Positions 46,600 through 50,883 of a DNA stretch of 50,883 nucleotides are shown in pieces; the first letter of the stretch is position 1, and each line of letters begins with the position of its first letter. Both the position numbers and the translations under genes were made by a program. A model generated the notes under the pieces. The model worked only from the letters and a program-made list of their open reading frames with translations. It was not told where the DNA came from and made no database searches. The DNA lies in contig NC_135909.1 of the NCBI RefSeq assembly GCF_964194155.1, forward strand, positions 3,237,118 to 3,288,000, given 5' to 3'. Origin of the DNA: Cetorhinus maximus (lineage: Eukaryota).

Positions 46600-47032
46600 A
46601 AGTGTGAGGAAAGATTGGAGAGGCTGGGTTGTTCTTCTTGGAACAGAGGAGGCTTGGGGGGGAGATTTGATTGAGATGTACAAAATTGTCAGAGGCCTGG
46701 GTAGAGTGGATGGAAAGGACCTGTTTCCCTTAGCAAGGAGGGGGCAGAGATTTAAAGTGATTGGTAGAGAGATTAGAGGGGAGATGAGGAAATGTTTTTT
46801 TCACCCAGAGGGTTGCAGGGATCTGGAACTCGTTGCCTGAAAGGGTAGTGGAGGCAGAAACCCTCAACTCATTTAAAAGGTGCCTGGATGTGCATCTCAA
46901 CTGCCTTAACCCACAGGGCTGTGGACCAAAAGCTAGAAAGTGGGATCAGGCTGGGTGGCTCCTTTCTTGGCCAGCACAGACATGATGGGCCGAGTGGCCT
47001 CTTTCTGTGCCATAAACGCTCTATGATTCTAT
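46600..47032 (+). mobile_element. CR1 LINE 3' end
   Basis: GDLIEMYKIVRGLGRVD; tail gatgggccgagtggcct...ctatgattctat. Confidence 0.8.
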
Positions 47033-47211
47033 AAGGTGCCGTTGTCCCTGTGGCACTGTAATAACGCAGCTCAAGTCAGCAGCCGACTGGCCACATGTGG
47101 ATGGCTACGCTTGCTGGCCCTCTGCTCAGCCCAGACTTACAGCTTTCAGTTGGCACAGCGGCACTCCAGAGAGTGCACGTCGTCCAGAGTGGACTCCTCC
47201 AAACTGAAGGC

Positions 47212-48210
47212 TGAACACAGCACAATCCCAGAATCCCCAGAGGGTCACCACTGAGCAATCCCAGAATCCCCAGAGGGCGAGCACTGTGCAATCCCAGAAT
47301 TCCCAGAGTGTGAACACTGCGCAATCCCAGAATCCCCAGAGGGTCAACACTGAGCAATCCCAGAATCCCCAGAGGACGAACACTGCGCAATCGCAGAAAC
47401 CCGAGCGTGAACACTGCGCAATCCCAGAAACCCCAGAGCGTGAACACTGCGCAATCCTAGAAACCCCAGGGGACAGACACTGAGCAATCCCAGAATCCCC
47501 AGAGGGCCAACACTGCGCAATCCCAGAATCCCCAGAGGGCCAACACTGCACAATCCCAGAATCCCCACAGGGCAAACACTGCGCAATTCCAGAATCCCCA
47601 GAGGATGGACACTGAGCAATCCCAGAATCCCCAGAGGGTGAACACTGCGCAATCCCAGAATCCCCAGGGGATGGACACTGCGCAATCCGAGAATCCCCAG
47701 GGGCGGACACTGAGCAATCCCAGGATCCCTAGACCGTGAACACGACGCAATCCCAGAATCCCCAGGGGACAGACACTGAGCAATCCCAAAATCCCCAGGG
47801 CGTGAATACGCGCAATCCCAGAATCCCCAGAGGGCCAACACTGTGCAATCCCAGAATCCCCAGAGGGCGAACACTGCGCAATCCCAGAATCCCCAGAGGA
47901 TGAACAGTGAGCAATCCCAGAATTCCCAGAGGGTGAACACTGAACAATCCCAGAATCCTTTGGGTGAACACTGTGCAATCCCAGAATCCCCAGAGGGTGA
48001 ACACTGAGCAATCCCAGAATCCCCAATGAGCAATCCCAGAATCCTTTGGGTGAACACTGTGCAATCCCAGAATCCCCAGAGGGCGAACACTGAGCAATCC
48101 CAGAATCCCCAGAGGACGAACACTGAGCAATCCCAGAATCCCCGGAGGACGAACACTGAGCAATCCCAGAATCCTTTGGGCCAACACTGAGCAATCCCAG
48201 AATCGCCAGA
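47212..48210. repeat. 33-bp minisatellite, about 30 copies
   Basis: Unit aacactgagcaatcccagaatccccagagggtg, which gives the 11-aa periodic spurious ORFs. Confidence 0.95.
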
Positions 48211-50228
48211 GGAAAAACGCTTTTAAGATATTAGGTGTATTACCTTGGCTGCATGGTTATCTTGCAGCTGGTTCAATGGCTTTCAGATGGTGTTTCTGTT
48301 GGTATCTGTCCCAGGACAGCTTCTGCTGTTTATACTTCAACACTGTCTCCTGCCAATGCAATATGGCCACTCAGGGTGGCCGCCGATATCCGTCCGCACA
48401 TGCGCACATGTCCGCGCACGTGTGGAAAGCCAATGACGCCACTGGCCGGAGACACAGTGCTAGCAAAACCCGCCTTTTAAAAATACTTCTGCGATTAAGG
48501 GGAGGGGAATATTAAAGCAACCAGAGAAACTTCCTTCTCCCTTCCCAATTCCATAAGCAAAGGGTTACAAATCAAAAACCCTGAATGACGTGAGCTGTGT
48601 ATTATAACTACTGTGACAAGCCTGTTGCATTGAACTGAGCCGGAGATTGATGGGAAACCTGGACACACACCTACATTCTGGCTGGCCTTTAAATTTGTGT
48701 CAAATTTTTTTTTGGGGGGGGGGGACACATTTATTTCTGTTAAACTGTGTGCATATTTTCTTTTATTTAGGAAACCAAAACTTTTGGTTTTGATTTTTAT
48801 CTCCGTCGCTCTCGGTGACACCACAGAGTGAGACGGCACAACGTGTTGGCAACAGACCCAGCCAAATGTTGAAAGGAAGTAACAAACATGGCTGCCTCAC
48901 CCACGTGACCTGTTAAAAGCCCAAAGTCCTTTCCAAATAAGGTGGTGGGTGAGGCGGATACACGTCCTGTGTTTTGGCTCTTCACACCCTGAGAGTTTCG
49001 GACAGCTCAGGTCCTCCGTGCTTGGGATGAGGAGCCTTCGCAGCACAATGAAAGTTCGATGAGACCCATTTCATATTGATCATGCACCTTTTGAGTTTCA
49101 TCCTCTCCGCTGCCCACGAAGAAGAAAGACGAGTCGGCTGTCTTGTTAGTGACTTTCCTGTTGAAGGCGCATCCTTAATGAAGGGATGCGTGAATTTCAC
49201 AAGCGTCCATGTATAATTAAGTATTTTCTTGGGTTTTGGGATTGTCTGGAGCTGGATACTGCCAAGTCACGTGATATGTTACAGCCGTCTTAAATAGCTT
49301 TTGGCGTCCGCTTTTTAAAACACAGCTTTAAAATTTGTAATATCTTCATGCCTGTACTGGGCAAGGCAGGTAGATTATGAGAAAGTCAATACTGTGGCAC
49401 TGAATATGTTGGGTGTGAGGCATTTGCAGAATGTGTTTTTAACACTCTGTCACCTGCCAACGCAAGATGGCCTTCTGCCTATGCACGGAAATCGAGTGGC
49501 ATCATTCCCCTGTGACCAGGCTGCCAGTATCAGTCTGTGCATGTATAGTTAAAGCCCATCTGTGCAGGGCTGCATTTAAAATTTGGGGGTTCCCCAGGGA
49601 GTGTGTCAGTAGGCACGGAGAGTCCATGGGGAGGGCTGGGAAATATTTACAGGGGTCCCCCCTCCTCCTCCTCCTCTCCCTGAGTAAACATCTCGGGGAG
49701 GGGGGGGGGGGTGGAGTCCCCTGCTAATTCCAAAGCACTTCCTGGGCATACTGGCACACTCCGAGGGGAGCCCTCCCTATCTCTCACGCCTAGGATTAAC
49801 CTCCTTCCTTTACTCTCGCTTCCAAGGCTCACCCTCTCGAGAAAGGTTCGGATTTATCGCAAGGCCCAAGTTGTTCTGGGGTCAGCTCAGCACAAATGGA
49901 TACAGTTTCACGACACTGTCTGTGTGCCGCTGCCCAATCTGTGACGATTTCAGCAAGAGCCATCTTTGGTCCTGGCCGCTGCCTAGTCGGGGGCGGTCCA
50001 AGGGACATCATGGAGCGACCCGCTCGAACTGCGCGTGTTCCGAGCCTGCACAGCGTTGGCACGAAATGCAGCCCTTTTTCTATTCTTTCATGGGGCACTG
50101 GCATCGCCGGCGAGGCCAGCGTCTTTATTGCCAATCCCTAATTGCCCTTGAGAAGGGCGGGTTAGGGGTTAGGGCTACTGCTGACGTTGTTAAATTCCCA
50201 AATAACTCTCGGCTCCATTCTTTCACAG

Positions 50229-50332
50229 TGGGACCTGGTGTGCGCCTGGAAGTCTCTGAAGTGGATCTCACAGTCTATCTACATGGCTGGCTTACTGATA
50301 GGAGCCATAATACTGGGCAGGCTTTCGGACAA
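50229..50332 (+). CDS. SLC22A6: SLC22 organic anion transporter coding exon 2
   Basis: Acceptor tctttcacag, then WDLVCAWKSLKWISQSIYMAGLLIGAIILGRLSD(K); 104 nt; donor AA|GTAAG. This frame is not in the ORF track. Confidence 0.93.
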
Positions 50333-50639
50333 GTAAGAAATGGGGGCGGTGGGGGGTGGGGGGGTGTGGTAATGAATTATACAAAGCGTACCATCAAGTC
50401 GGGGGTTTTAAGCTGCTGGCTGCTCCCCCAGGATTTCGCAGCCAAACTTTCCTACTCAACCTCTAGCCAGTTCTTCGGCAGGCAATGATGGAAAATTCTC
50501 GGGTGTACTCTGTCCCTTTGCTGCATCCTGTGTTCTGGTCGCCAGGCCCAGTGTGACCATTGTGATTTACATCGAATGAATTGATAGGTTCAGACATCCG
50601 GCATTTTTCTCTACGACAGCTGCCCCCTGTGCTTTTTAA

Positions 50640-50883
50640 ATTCTTTCACGGGACGTGGGCGTCGCTGGCTGGGCCCAGCATATATTGCCCATCCCTAATT
50701 GCCCCTTGAGAAGGTGGCGGTGAGCTGCCTTCTTGAACCTCTGCAGTCCCTGTGGTGTAGGTACACCCACAGCGCTGTTAGGGAGGGAGTTCTAGGGTTT
50801 TGACCCAGTGACAGTGAAGGAACGCCCGATATATTTCCAAGTCAGGATGGGGAGGGACTTGGAGGGGAACTTGCAGGTGGTGG
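50640..50883 (-). mobile_element. LINE 3' tail (family of 8131-9815), runs off the window
   Basis: Closely similar to 5370-5600. Confidence 0.8.

Noticed and set aside
47076-48194. Long periodic minus-strand ORFs (up to 270 aa)
   Set aside because: They arise from the 33-bp minisatellite, shift frame repeatedly and have no splice or homology support.
47212-48210. CRISPR-like repeat/spacer appearance (also 16709-17113)
   Set aside because: Units are head-to-tail with no unique spacers, the context is vertebrate and there are no cas genes.

Overview
Vertebrate genomic DNA; the repeat content (CR1-type LINEs, Deu-domain SINEs, a 69-bp minisatellite) points to a cartilaginous fish (inference). 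Two + strand genes can be built from splice sites and homology. (1) A complete 14-exon PRPF39-like gene (U1 snRNP HAT-repeat protein, CDS 6900-34935, about 1256 aa). Its 1958-nt exon 2 encodes a long acidic 16-aa tandem repeat (DGDTVEEAAADSPGPC) not present in the 669-aa human protein. (2) The first two coding exons of an SLC22 organic anion transporter of the OAT1/OAT3/URAT1 type (42746-43147, 50229-50332). Bases 1-3150 look like the 3' UTR of an upstream gene. The rest is decayed mobile DNA: LINEs, two SINE families, two copies of an ~0.87-kb LTR, TIR-bounded DNA elements, a Penelope-like element whose two inverted terminal repeats each hold a decayed minimal hammerhead ribozyme, a tRNA-iMet pseudogene joined to a LINE tail, and 69-bp and 33-bp tandem repeats. 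Most short ORFs in the supplied track are spurious. Mobile-element boundaries are approximate.
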